64,000 nt of DNA, from positions 78,988,001 through 79,052,000 of the forward strand of contig CM059438.1 of assembly GCA_030390025.1 (NCBI GenBank), in the 5' to 3' direction. A program made the translations under genes and the position numbers. A model generated the notes under the pieces. The model ran no database searches and was not told the DNA's origin. It was given only the letters and a program-made list of their open reading frames with translations. The stretch is from Squalus acanthias (lineage: Eukaryota). Below are positions 24,801 to 38,200 of the stretch, in pieces; position 1 is the first letter of the stretch; each line of letters opens with the position of its first letter.

Positions 24801-27800
24801 GGGAAAAAAAATGCAGTGAGGGGAAGTATTTCTTGAATGCTGAATTAAGATTGGCTTAACCGCCTTCCTGATCAGAATCTTGTGAAAAGGAAACAGTAAT
24901 TGAACAAATGTGAAAACACAGAGGTTCCACTTGAACCTTTAAAAGGCTGCTTATGTTGGTGGCACCAAAGCCATAGCATTGCATGTGAAAGAGCTCATGG
25001 AGAAAAGGCAGATGCTGATGTGATGTTTGATTTAACTTGGTCAGTAAATGTTCTGCTTTCTTTGCATACACGTTAAAGGCATCCATAACAGTAATTGGAC
25101 TGGCATTTTGTTTTTAAAGCAGTAGCAGATGAAACTCTCACTTTTTAAAGACATTTTCTATGCTGCAACATTGCAAGATTTCTATGAGACACCTTCTGTT
25201 ATCCGATCTTGTGCGCACATTGCTACATATACTTGTCCTTTGACAGCATATTGGAGCATTTAAAAAAAAAACAGTTGAGAGTTCACAGGAAATCTGCATC
25301 CTGTTTACGTTGGGTTATGTCTGAATTAATTCCACTACAAACCCGACACAGTGGGATGTACAAGCCAAATTACACTCAAAGGACAGAATTCTCCCACTTT
25401 TCATGGGGGAACAGACAGTAAATTCTAGGTAGATGCTAGGTTTGTTTTTATTTTCAGATTAAGATGAAGTCTTGTGCCCAGATCATCATCATCACACGAC
25501 TGGAGGAGACTTTTTTCAAAATGATTCTCAGAGTAACTAAGTAGTCATATGATATTAGTGAGCCAATCAGAAAAGACAGAAGCCTGCTAGGTCTCTAAAC
25601 CGAGATGGCTTTGAAATAATTATAAAACTGTTTTACTTCAGAGCTAAAATTCCAATTACAACTATCCAGTATGAAGAAGCTTCATTAATTCAGGTCAATG
25701 AATTCAAGAAAATGCCATACAGAAGCTGTACTAAAAGCGAGTACAATCCCTGCTAGATTAAGGAAAGTAACCAGCTAAAAACAAAATAAATTGGAAATAT
25801 ATCATTTAAGATTCTGGCATGTTTACAATTTGTTATAGTAAAGAATTTATATAATTCAAAATGATGTAGGCTACATACTTATCAGTTGTATTGTACGGTG
25901 ATGTACCACTGTGTGTGAGGAGCATGTGTGGGAGAGTAAGTATTACAGGTGTGGGTTTGCATAGGACCCATAGTTTTTATGAAAAGCGATCACTTCTAGT
26001 ATATAGTTAACTATGTTTCAGTATTACACACTAAAAACCTTGCCAGACTGCTTCATTCATCCAGGTGGATGAGAACTCCACGTAATATAACTACCATCAA
26101 AGTCATATTTTATATTGTTGAGTCTCATTAGACGTGATGTGTAAACTTGAAATACCTTTGCTAAAGTCAAAGTTAGTATATTAAATAAACATGTCCATTT
26201 GCCATGAAAACGAAGATTGAAAAAGACCAGGCACATTCACTAGCTCTAGTTTTCACAGGTTCCCCTGAATATCCCAAAGTATTCAGCAAAACCCGAGTTG
26301 ATAGATTCAGCCACCATTTGGTCTGCTTCCAGGCAGCTTTTGTTGGTATATTGAAGGAAATATTAAGTACAACGTTTGGTTGTCTCTCTATTTTGGGATC
26401 ACATCCAATTTACCAATCAAAAGATTTCATCTGGGCTTAGACCAAGTAACTCGTGTACAGTACTGCAGAACACACTGCAAAGCATACCAAGAAAGTAGGA
26501 GCAGAAGACACAAATGGAAATGAGTGAAAAGTAAGTTTGGAACAGCTGTCTGGAAAAAGATCTTTATTCAAAGAGGGGTAAATGTTTGGAATATACCAAG
26601 CAGGGAAAACCACTGCGTCATTCCTTGATCTAAACTAAAACACATGAGCTATGAGGTTATTCTCTCGATGCTAACACAGGAAAATACGACTAGTGTACTC
26701 TAAATAACGCCAGCTGAAGTTTTCATTAAGACTTTAATTAAAAAGTTAGAAATTAATTTTAACAACCTTTTTGTTTTTCCTGTATGTTTGGGATGAGAGG
26801 TTGTATGTGTAAATACTTCATTTAAATGGTGGAATTTATCAGTTATTAAAAAAATGAGATACTAAGCCAATTTTGCGGTCTTGACTGTGGAGCTAAATGA
26901 CTAGGTGAGCGTAATGAGTCTTGTTCCTACTTTCCAGCGCTGTTATGATTGAGAAGAGCAGAAATTTTCATCATCTTTGTCAGGAAAAAGTATGGAATGG
27001 GTTTCCACAACACTGAGCTCTGGAAGCAAGAGCAATAAATCGGAAACATTACCGCACTTTTTAATTTTAAAGCTAAGCTAGTGTGCATGAGAGTGGGAAT
27101 TTATGTTGCATACTCACGATTGCCCTTTTAGCTGATGAGTACTGAACATCCCAGAAAATGTCATGTGAATTCCTCACTTACTCTGCCAATTAAATGTACC
27201 TTCTGATTTGCTACTGGAGATTAAGTTCACTGAAAACAAGTTGGAAATGAATGTTCATGAGCAATATGGGAAAGGTGGTTAAAACCATAGTGAGCATTTC
27301 TGCAAAGAGTGAAAGAGTAGTATTCCACCAGAGCATTGCTCGAAACAGTTTCTGCATTAAGATAGTTTCCAATTTAAAGTATTTTTTCCTGTGGTATTTT
27401 AGTACTACGCTAATATAGAAGACATTTTAAAATTTACTGTTCTGCAATCTATATTTTTTAATTTAAGTATATTCATAAAGAAGTAAAAGTGACAGTAGGG
27501 TTATGTGACTGGAATAGTAACAGTTAATAGACCTAGCATGTGTTCTTTACTAAATTTAGCTCCGCTTGTTTTGTGTGCTCTGCATTTTTGGAGGTTATCG
27601 TGTTTCAGTATCACTAAAAATGGACTTTTACTTTGCTGTGATCTCAAATGAACTCTGCCTTCAAAACTTGGTGACTCTAGATATAAGGTTGGAAGCCAAG
27701 CAAATGTGTAGAGATAGTCCATCCTACAGAACATTTGTCACTAATATTAAACCAGTGCATTATGGCTATTTATTAATAGTTAAATGTCCTTCAGTGATTT

Positions 27801-28019
27801 TCTTTTTCAGTTGAGATCTTTTAAGTATTTGCTCAGTGTAGTTTATAAAGGATGCAGCTGACCTTACTACTTAGGTAATGGTTTATTTAATAGCTTGTAA
27901 TTTTCAGCTATCAGTGACTGCTCATTGAGTCTGCCATTAATTGCATTTTTGTACTCAATCAGCTGATGATGTTTTCATTCTGCCTTTAAATGTTGCAGAA
28001 GTCGCGCTTCGAGACAAAA

Positions 28020-28177
28020 GGGGTAATTTTAATTTTTATCATCAGCCATGAAACACAGCGACAGCGAATCAGCAGCCCGATTTTCTTTTCCATTGAAGCC
28101 AGGCGAGGTGTAAAACGGGCGGCCGATTCGCTATCATCTGTTTTTCTCCCAGCAATGAGAAGTTAACATTACTTCCT
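28020..28177. mobile_element. Short palindromic MITE-like element
   Basis: Ends ggggtaattttaa / ttaacattacttcc. Internal arms agcgaatcagcagcccg / cgggcggccgattcgct. Confidence 0.6.
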
Positions 28178-28304
28178 AAGTTTAGCAAACTGTTTTCACA
28201 CTTTTCTTGTCTATTACAGAAAATAGACTGGAATCTCCAGAATTAAATTCACTAGTCTGGTGTTGTGGTATCATTAGTATATTTTATGGTATGTTAAAAC
28301 CAAG

Positions 28305-28495
28305 CTGATCTTCCGATCCCACATAATCTTCATCGCAAAGAACACTGACTTCCACCTCTGGAACATCACCAGCTTCCCCTACCTCAGTACATCTGGCGAT
28401 GAGACCCTCATCATGCCTCTGTCGACTCAGACTGGACTATTCCAATATCCTGCTGGCCTGGCTCCCACTCTCCATAAAGTTGAGCTCATCATCTC
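28305..28495 (+). mobile_element. Decayed L2 fragment
   Basis: Aligns to 56990-57180 (ttccacctc..aacatc, ga.accctcatc.atgcct, gact.gactattccaa..cctgctggc). Confidence 0.75.
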
Positions 28496-29383
28496 AAACA
28501 AATAATTTGAATGAGGGTTATACCATCTCATGGGTTTTTTTGTACATTTTATGACTTCTATATGTCATTGTTTCTTCTTTGTGTTTAACAAGTTCACAAG
28601 GTAACAAGTCAGTACACTTGTAGTACTTGTCAGAGGCTCTGAATAGATTCGGCGTGCACATTCATGTTGGGTTGACTCCAATATAACTGACAAATATGAA
28701 TAAACTCAGGCGTCTATTTATCAGGGTGGGTCCAAACTCCCTGCCAACACACAAATGTAGACTTGTGCAGTAGTGGAGATTAAGGGAGCTACATGGACTC
28801 AATACAGTGGTTTGGTTTGTATGATGCAGCGAGCACCACTGCAATTTCAGACACTGGTGCCCTCACATATGCAGTGGCGCTGAAAGCTTTGAAGGAAAAC
28901 TGATTGCCGGGTAAATATAATGCAGTGGGTTTGACTGAAGCACCTTTTTTTAATGTCGCACTTTTATGCTGTGCCAGACAGTTGTACTACTGGTAGCAGC
29001 ATAACCTCATTAGTGAAATTGGCTGCATAACAATGCATTATGGGCAGTTTATGCTCAGGAGTTGTTACCACTGGAAACCACTTTGAAGCTTTGCAAATTC
29101 ATGCCACTTAAACCTATTCGCAACCTACAGAGAATCTAGACTTTTATTGAATTGATCTTCAGAGAATTTAACATACATCCTGGGGTGAAAGAACAGTGTG
29201 CACTGGCGAGTTGCAGTAGAATTGCTCCTGCATTGTCCCTGTAAGTATTTGTGAGCTTAGACCCAATGTACTTCGATAAGTAATAATTGAATGTGTGTCC
29301 TGATCTGATGTGTGTTTTATCCCATGTTTTAAGCCTTTTCTTTTTATACATAGTAATGTACCATTTTTTTTTTCCGGAAACAG

Positions 29384-29497
29384 GAATCTCCCCAGGATAG
29401 TGCAATCACCAGGGACATCAATCGAACTTTCCCAGCGCATGATTACTTTAAGGACACTGGTGGAGATGGTCAGGATTCCTTGTACAAGATATGCAAG
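29384..29497 (+). CDS. RABGAP1: RABGAP1 coding exon A (TBC domain, arginine finger IxxDxxR)
   Basis: cag|GAATCT...TGCAAG|gtatcg. 114 nt, ESPQDSAITRDINRTFPAHDYFKDTGGDGQDSLYKICK. Confidence 0.96.
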
Positions 29498-30914
29498 GTA
29501 TCGTGTTGCCAATACTTTACAGTGGCTTTTTTGGTGTTTTTTATGTATACGTTTATATTTGTTGATTCTGTTGCAAATTCAGTCCATTTCCCCACACCTA
29601 TTTAATTCCAACAAAATAGATTTTATCATGGCAATTAGAATAGCAAGAAGAGAGCCTTGAATAATCTAGTAAACTTTTTTAAGATACTGTTGTAACTGAA
29701 GAAACCGTGGTTATCATAGAAGGATTGAGTGAGACATGTTTTCTCTTCCTCTCCTATTCCACATATTAATCATTCGTGCAGAGTAAAGCGGAAATTATGT
29801 ATTCTTTTGAGTCTCATTCAGTCTTGAACCCTCAGCACCGAAGCACCGAATTGCATCAATGAATTGGGAAGATTGGTACAAGTGCTTTTTGCATTTGTCT
29901 TTGCGGGAAGAGGTTTTTCTAGTACTGCACTAGTTATTTGCACGTTGCTAAAATATTCAGAGCAAACAACAACAAAAAACAGCATTCCATGGCGCCATCT
30001 GGAGCAGTAAATTAGATGAGGTCTCCAGAGCATATCGGTGGTGGAGCAACAATCGGAGTGTTCTCTAAATTTCTTAACAAACCATAGATTCCTGATTGAC
30101 AGTTTTTGTTGTGCTGATAATGGTCAAACACAAGACAATATGGAACAATAGAAGACTATTCAGCTCACCAAGCATATTCCTTCCATAGACCATGCACAAT
30201 TTGCTCTATTATGGACTTTTTTTCTTTCTTTTCTCTCTCTCAATCTTATGAAACAACTGACAAACCAATGATAAAACTTGAAAGATGAAGTTGTCTGAAA
30301 TTCATCATTGACCCCCCCACAATGATCATAGAACATTTTGAAATAATTTACAATATTGCAACCTACATTATTCAACATTACACTAATTCCCTGGTCTGAG
30401 CAGCACCCACTGCTTCATTGTCCAGAGTTTGAGATTGCTGACACTTACCTTTTATAACCTTCAAAATCGATACTTCCCCAGCTCACTTTAAAGGGATTAA
30501 TCAATGTAGCATGAACACTATTCTCACTTGAGGCTAGTTAGTTTTGTACTTGTCTTCTGTATCACTTGCATCTAAATTATTCATGCCACTCATTATTTCA
30601 AAGACATGTAGCACATCTGTCAACATTTTTCTCTTCAATGAAAGCAAGTTTCAGTTATGTGAGTTTTTCTCGTGAATGATTGTTGTTGCTCCTTTCTGAA
30701 CCCTTCCAGTCAATCAAACTTTTTAAACTTAATTATAGGGTTCAAAAAGCTTTAGCTGATCTGCTGAGCCACCTCACCTTTAAGTTTCTAATGTATGAGA
30801 AAAGAGCTGACTGTCTCATCTCTCTTTTAAGGTTCTAAAATTTCACCAGCATTGATATACTGATGAGCAAAACTCCACGTATTAAAATGCACAACTGAAT
30901 CAGACACACATGCC

Positions 30915-31505
30915 GTGGCTGGTAGAAAAGTCAGAGGTTGGGTATTCTGCGGCGAGTGCCTCACCACCTGACTCCCTAAAGCCTCTCCACCACCTACAAG
31001 GCATAAGTCAGGAGTGTGATGGAATACTCTCCACTTGCCTGGATGGGTGCAGCTGCAACAACACTCAAGAAGCTTGACACTATCCAGGACAAAGCACCTT
31101 GCTTGATTGTCACGAGCTTAACATCCACCCTCTCTACTGCCGATGTACCGTGACTGCTGTGTGCACTGTCTACAGAATGTGCTGCAGTAACTCGCCATGG
31201 CTTCTTCAGAAGCACCTCCCAAACCTGCGACCTTCACCACCCAGAAGGATAAGGGCGGCATCTGCATGGGAACACCATCACCTCCAATTTCCCCTCCAAG
31301 TTACTCCTCCTGACTTGGACATGTATTGCTTTTCCTTTATCGTCATTGGGTCAAAATTCTGGAACTCCCTACCTAACCGCACCTTCACCACACTTGCTGC
31401 AGTTGTTCAAGAAGGCCCACCACTGCCTTCTCAAGGGCAACTAGGTAATGAGTAATAAATACCAGCATTGCCAACAACCCACATCCCAAGAATGAATTAA
31501 AAAAA
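30915..31505 (+). mobile_element. 3' fragment of the LINE family at 33440-35450
   Basis: Shares ggagtgtgatggaatactctccacttgcctggatg and the 3' tail ccttctc.agggcaactagg..atg.g.aataaat. Confidence 0.85.
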
Positions 31506-32834
31506 GAAAATCAGCGTCCTTTTTTCTGACCAGAGAACAGTACAAGCAGGGCAGCTTTACTCATTGTGATCCCTTTTGCATTTCTGTCAAAGCAGTGACA
31601 AAGTTATGCAGACATGCTGTTGTGATGTAGGTAAAGGGAGTCTCCCAGGGGCATGTCTACTTCCTATTGTTGAGATGTGTGTGTTCAGTGTGTTTCCAAA
31701 TTGATTGGTGACATTTTATTTTCTCCATAGTGAGATTTTGTTCACACAAAAAGGTTCTAAATCATTGAGGAAATGAGCTAAATTGACTGAAACCAATTAA
31801 CAGGAAGTATAACATCCTACTAGCCTGAAGACACCAAAGCATGTCTATTCGACTTCTTAACACCATTGTAGATACATTTGGGTTTTATAGAGAAGTCATT
31901 ACAGTTTTTTCAGGAATGAATTGTTCTAAATAGTAATGAAATGGAGCACATTCATGAGTAAGCACTTAAAATTTCAAGTACTTAACATTAGAAATAGACT
32001 TCCACTTTCATCTGTTTGTATAACGAACTTTTAGTAGTTGTTTAAAAAAAAAATTAAACACAAATGATGTCACTGTATCCTGGTAAGCTACTTTGGCTGC
32101 AAAGGAGTGAAAGTGGATCACGAGTAGATCTGATACAAAAAGGCGATCAAAGTTACTAAATTGTAAGAAATTGAGTTTTGCTTCCTTAGGGACCCAATAA
32201 TGGGATACTTATGAAATGCTATTGAAGACAATAGCCAAAATGGAAAGGTGAAATTTCAAGTCGTCTTAAGTGAATAGTTGGAAACAAAATCAACGTTTTA
32301 GCTGAAAGAAAATAGGTTCTATCAAAAGTCCTATTTAATTTAATTTTATTTTAAATACAAATTTTAAATACAAATATCTTCAAGAGATTCTTGTGAACTA
32401 GAAAATAACTTTGCATTCAACTTGTGTTGCTATACTGCAAACAGTAGTGCTGTCTCACACAGATTGGGTTACAGGTTCCTGACATTTGATGATTCAGATA
32501 AAACTGGAACGCCAATATGTGCAGCTTGCTTCACAGGAAATAGTAATTGGTGCAAGATTGCTGGCTCGGCTTGTATGGTGAATAGTTTGACCTGAGTTCA
32601 TTTCAGTTGTATGATTTGTAGCTGTTACATTGATGTGTAGAAAACACCATATATATTGTGACTGTGCAATCAGATCTGTATTTTTGGAGGACCTGACAGG
32701 AAGTGTGGTGGGGTACTGATTCGACAAGGAACAGTGTACCCAGAACATTTTTTTTTAGCATAACAGTATTGGAAGAGAGAAGTTGAATTTCTGTAGTATA
32801 AGGGTAACCTATCTTTTTTAAAATGTGTTCTCTA

Positions 32835-33205
32835 GTTATGGGCAATGCTGATAAGGTCACATTTATTGTCCAGCTCTTGAGAAGAGGATGGGGTGGGGTG
32901 GGCCTTTTTCAAGTGGTTGTTCATACAACTGAGTGGCTTGCTAGGGCACTTCAGGGGACAATAGGAGTCAAGCACATAGTGAGTGATGTATAAAGCCAGA
33001 CTAGGTAGGGGTTGCAGGTTTCTGAAGGGCATTAGTGAATTTGTTGGGTTTTGGAGACAATCTGGCAGCTTGCATGATTTGTTTTTTCCCTGGTGCCAGC
33101 CCACAAATCAACCAATTTATTGAATTCATTTTCATAACTTGACATGATGGGATTTTAATTTATGATCTCTGCATTGCTAGTGCAGTACCATAACCATTTT
33201 ACCAA
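32835..33205 (-). mobile_element. tRNA-headed SINE (same family as 60450-60865), decayed
   Basis: Reverse complement matches 60450-60865 throughout (cctgaagtgccctagcaagccactc, tgaattcaataaat). Confidence 0.65.
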
Positions 33206-33439
33206 AGTACTAGTCACTATATTGTGACGGAACAACTGTTCAGACAAAATCTAACACAGTTTGCTACAATAAACATGCAATAAAGGAATTACAGTATATG
33301 AGTAATTTGCCACATGACACGTGGCAAGTGTAGCATGATTGGGAGGAGGAAAAAATGACTTGTGGTTCCCAAAGCTCTCCACCTCATGTAATTTCTGGAT
33401 CTGTTGCAGTCCAAAGAGGTTGATTGCTGTGGTTATTCA

Positions 33440-35450
33440 ACAACTCTGGTTCAACGAGTGTAGAAGAGCGTGCCAGGAGCAGCACCAGGCATACCTAAAA
33501 ATGAGGTGCCAACCTGGGGAAGCTGCAACACAAGACTACATGCATGCTATACAGCAGAAGCAGCATGCTGTAGACAGGGCTAAGCGATCCCACAATCAAC
33601 GGATCAGATCAAAGCTCTGCAGTCCAGCCACATCCAGTCGTGAATGGTGGTGGACCATTAAACAACTAACTGGAGAAGGAGGCTCCAAGGATATCCCCAT
33701 CCTCAATGATGGTGGAGCCCAGCACGTGAGTGCAAAAGACAAGGCTGAAGCGTTTGCAACCAACTTCAGCCAGAAGTGCCGAGTGGATGATCCATATCGG
33801 CCTACTCCCGATGTCCCCACCATCACAGAAGCCATTCTTCAGCCAATTCGATTCACTCCACGTGATATCAAGAAACGGCTGAGCGCACTGGATACAGCAA
33901 ATTCTATGGGCCCCGACAACATCCCGGCTATCGTGCTGAAGACTTGTGCTCCAGAACTAGCCGCGCCTCTAGCCAAGCTGTTCCAGTACAGCTACAACAC
34001 TGGCATCTATCCGACAATGTGGAAAACTGCCCAGGTATGTCCTGTCCACAAAAAGCAGGACAAATCCAACCCGGCCAATTACCGCTCCATCAGTCTACTC
34101 TCAAATCATCAGCAAAGTGATGGAAGGTGTCATCGACAGTGCTATCAAGCGGCACTTACTCACCAATAACCTGCTCACTGATGCTCAGTTTGGGTTTCGC
34201 CAGGACCACTCTGCTCCCGACCTCATTACAGCCTTGGTCCAAACATGGACAAAGGAGCTGAATTCCAGAGGCGAGGTGAGAGTGACTGCCCTTGACATCA
34301 AGGCAGCATTTGAGAGAGTCTGGCATCAAGGAGCCCTAGTAAAACTGAAGTCAGTGGGAATCAGGGGGAAAACGCTCCACTGGCTGGAGTCATATCAAGC
34401 ACAAAGGAAGATGGTTGTGGTGGTTGAAGGTCAATCATCACAGCCCCAGGACATTGCTGCAGGAGTTCCTCAGGGCAGTGTCCTAGGCCCAACCATCTTC
34501 AGCTACTTCATCAATGACCTTCCCTCCAACATAAGGTCAGAAATGGGGATGTTCGCTGATGGCTGCACAGTGTTCAGCGCCATTCGCAACTCCACAGATA
34601 ATGAAGCAGTCCATGCCTGCATGCAACAAGACCTGGACGACATTCAGGCTTGGGCTGATACGTGGCAGGTAACATTCGCGCCACAGAAGTGCCAGGCAAT
34701 GACTATCTCCAACAAGCGAGAGTCTAACCACCACCCCTTGACATTCAATGGCATTACCATTGCCGAATCCCCCACTATCAACATCCTGGGGGTCACCATT
34801 AACCAGAAACTTAACTGACCAGCCACATAAATACTGTGGCAACAAGAGCAGGTCAGAAGCTAGGTATTCTGCGGTGAGTGTCTCACCTCATAACTCCCCA
34901 AAGCCTTTCTACCATCTACAAGGCACAAGTAAGGAGTGTGATGGAATACTCTCCACTTGCCTGGATGAGTGCAGCTCCAACAACACTCAAGAAGCTCGAC
35001 ACCATCCGGGACAAAGCAGCCTGCTTGATTGGCACCTCATCCACCACCTTAAACATTCACTCCCTCCACCACCGGCGTACCGTGGCTGCAGTGTGTACCA
35101 TCTACAAGATGCACTGCAGCAACTTGCCAAGGCTTCTTCGGCAGCACCTCCCAAACCCACGACCTCTTCCACCTAGAAGGACAAGGGCAGCAGGCTCATG
35201 GGAACACCACCACCTCCAAGTTCCCCGCCAAGCCACACACCATCCTGACTTAGAAGTATATCGCCGATCCTTCATCGTCGCTGGGTCAAAATCCTGGAAC
35301 TCTACCTAACAGCACTGTGGGAGTACCATCACCACACGGACTGCAGCGGTTCAAGAAGGCGACTCACCACCACCTTCTCGAGGGCAACTAGGGATGGGCA
35401 ATAAATGCTGGCATTGCCAGCGACGCCCTGATCCCATAAACAAATTTTTA
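33440..35450 (+). mobile_element. CR1/Jockey-group LINE, 5'-truncated, RT pseudogene with few disruptions
   Basis: GPDNIPAIVLK, PVHKKQDKSNPANYRSISLL, QFGFR, ALDIKAAFERVWH and GVPQGSVLGP. The FADD box is mutated to FADG. Frameshifts near 34105 and 34817. 3' tail gggatgggcaataaatgctggc. Confidence 0.93.
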
Positions 35451-38125
35451 AAACTCCATTATCGTTGTAGCATGTGGGCTTTTATCGTCTAGCAATTCCT
35501 ATGTTCCCACATAGTTATATCTTCCTGATCTGTACAAGACTAGCTGAAGATTTTTCTGAAGAGACCCTAGATATTTATCAGATTTAGTGAAGCATTGAAA
35601 TTGCTACTGTAGTTTAGTTCCAGAAAGTGTGTGTAAATTGTGCGTCATAGCATGGCCATTTCCTTGGGGTAACTTAATTGGAACAGATTCCTTTGCACAA
35701 TTAATGTATTTGCTGAATTGTCATTAAGGTCAGCAGTGCAGAACCCATCTAATCAGAAAAAAACAATGCGATGCAATACACACATGTAATTTAGTAAACC
35801 AACTTAATGGATTTGAAGCATATTATAATAGAATAAAGAAAAGACTATCTCAAATAATATTGCTCTCGAGTTCAATTTTCTCCAAGGCTATTACGAAAGA
35901 AGTGGTTTATTGTATTCAAGTTATGTCAATATTAGTTTTAGTTTGGAGAGCAAGTTGCCTTATTAGTACATTGGACTCCTTGGTCACAGTTCATAGATAC
36001 TGCATCTAGTTATGATTTTGCTTTCAATCTAAGACGCTTGAGTGCAATGGGGAATATATTCTATTTGGTACAAAAAAGTGGCTAATTGTACTGTCAAAAA
36101 ATCATTTTTAAATACCAGAATTTGCAAAAGTATTATTAGCGTGTAGAACCACAGAGTGTTGATACTGTAGTCTTGGAATGCCAGAATGCTATGGCAGCAT
36201 TAAATAGGTACACTTAAAGCCTGGTGTGGTAGATTCCTGCTACTTTATAAACTGTAGCAATTAGTTACAAAGCCTGCAGGAATAACATAGCATAGCTGAA
36301 TAAATATTAATTACTTACTATTTGGATTGGAACCCGGAATATATATCCGCAGGAAATGGAATTCAGGCAATCAGACGAATTAAAATATTAATGAAAAATA
36401 ATTATTCACCTTTCTTTGTTTCCTTATCTCCTGTCTGTTCATAGATATTGTTGCTAATCATAAATGGGCAAGCTGGGATGTGATCTCTCCAAAAGTCAGT
36501 AATATATTCTAGTAGCTGCCCCTTTGAAATATCTACACATTATTCATTTAAATACTGAATTTGCGCAGTGTGGCAAAATAGCAAGTTTCCTTTGCTGCTT
36601 TTAAAAGCCTGCATATTTATGTTGCATAACATTAAGCAAAATGAATTAAAAATCTCTCTCTCAGTAGAGGAAATGTAAAGAATCGCTGAACATCCCATCA
36701 TTAATTCTCAATTAAATTAAAACGTTTGACCCAGGAATCCTCAAAGCCAGAATTGAAATTGTATTCATTTAAAATGTTTTCCTCGGGGAATAACATGAGG
36801 AAAATGCATTCTTTCCACAGCCCAGCTACAATTCACTCGACCCAATCTATTTTAACTCTCCAAGAAAGGCTCTGCAAAGACTCCCCAGTCTTCACAAAGG
36901 TTAATAGAGTCGAAATCCAGAGTGTCTGTGATCTTGCATCCAATGTTACTCACCCTTGATCAGATGCCTTCCCTAATTCAGGACGCAACGGGATTTAGGT
37001 GTGATTGTTGCCCATTCACTAAAAGCATCTGGTCAACTAGGCTAAATCATTCCAGTGTCGTAGAGAGATATTTAAGCACTGTATAGATCAGTGGTGAGGC
37101 CACATTTGGCATTTTGTGTGCAATTTTGAGCATACCGATATATTGGAAAAGCTCCAGAGACAAATAAGGAATGTTCGAGGGCACAGATCGAGATCGTGTC
37201 TTCTCGTTTCTTTCCCTCCGATGAAAACCAGTTCAGTTCTATGAGCTTTATTTTTGTAAATTAGAGTCCTAAGCCCAAGAATCCTCCTCCTTCCTCTCCA
37301 GACTTACTTCAGTGGAAGTTTATAATGTATGCGGTTCAACTCAATAAGTTCAAGTTAATCCTTTTTTAAATCCCCAGGATGAGTTATTATGATTGGACTT
37401 CTGACAACTGAAAAAGTTGTTCATTTGATGCTTTATAATGGATCAGAAATTGACCGGCAGCCATGTAATTCAGCCTTCTGACAGTTTATTGGCTGACTTT
37501 GGAGTCAGTATTTGGCCTATCAAAAGTGAGTTTTTATAATGTGCGCCCCACTTACACAATGGGCAATGGGTATAAGAGGCAGACGAAAATAGACCAGAAA
37601 ATTAAAATGAGGGTGAATAAGGTGCAGAACAGTTTATATTCGTTACTAATAAAGTACAAGGAAACTTAAAAAGAAAACAAATAAATAGGGAAGTAGAATC
37701 AATTTTGTTAATTTAAAATAGTTTAGTAGTATAGTTAATATTGCAGTAAGGAAGCGATTCCTGATGTTTGAATAGCTTTTATTACTGTAATATTAGTGTT
37801 CGTCAAAACTTTGAGTGTGAACGGGTATGTTTTTTAAATGGCTTGCACAGAGAGACTGGCATTTCATAAAGCTGTTGTCTAAAGATTAAAATGGACAGTC
37901 TTTTTTGACATTTCTATGTAAAAAAAAAAACTAGTTTTATTTTCTTATATACCAGACCTAAAAGCATTGTTAAGTATTGGTAAATTTTCCTAAATTTGAT
38001 ACAGCATCTCATCCATAATGGAGTTTTCTAACACTTCTGAGACCAGAAAATTAATTTTGGCTTGTGTGGATCTTGTATCATAAATGTCACAGAATACTCA
38101 AAAGTTGAATTGCATTTTTATTCAG

Positions 38126-38200
38126 GCCTATTCCGTTTATGATGAAGAGATTGGTTACTGTCAAGGCCAGTCCTTTCTTGCTGCTGTGCTTCTCTTGCAT
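38126..38200 (+). CDS. RABGAP1: RABGAP1 coding exon B (glutamine finger YxQ)
   Basis: ttcag|GCCTAT...TTGCAT|gtgagt. 75 nt, [25 protein letters not shown]. Confidence 0.96.

Noticed and set aside
33339-35309. Long RT ORFs as an active or domesticated reverse transcriptase
   Set aside because: The element is 5'-truncated and frameshifted, and the catalytic FADD is mutated to FADG.
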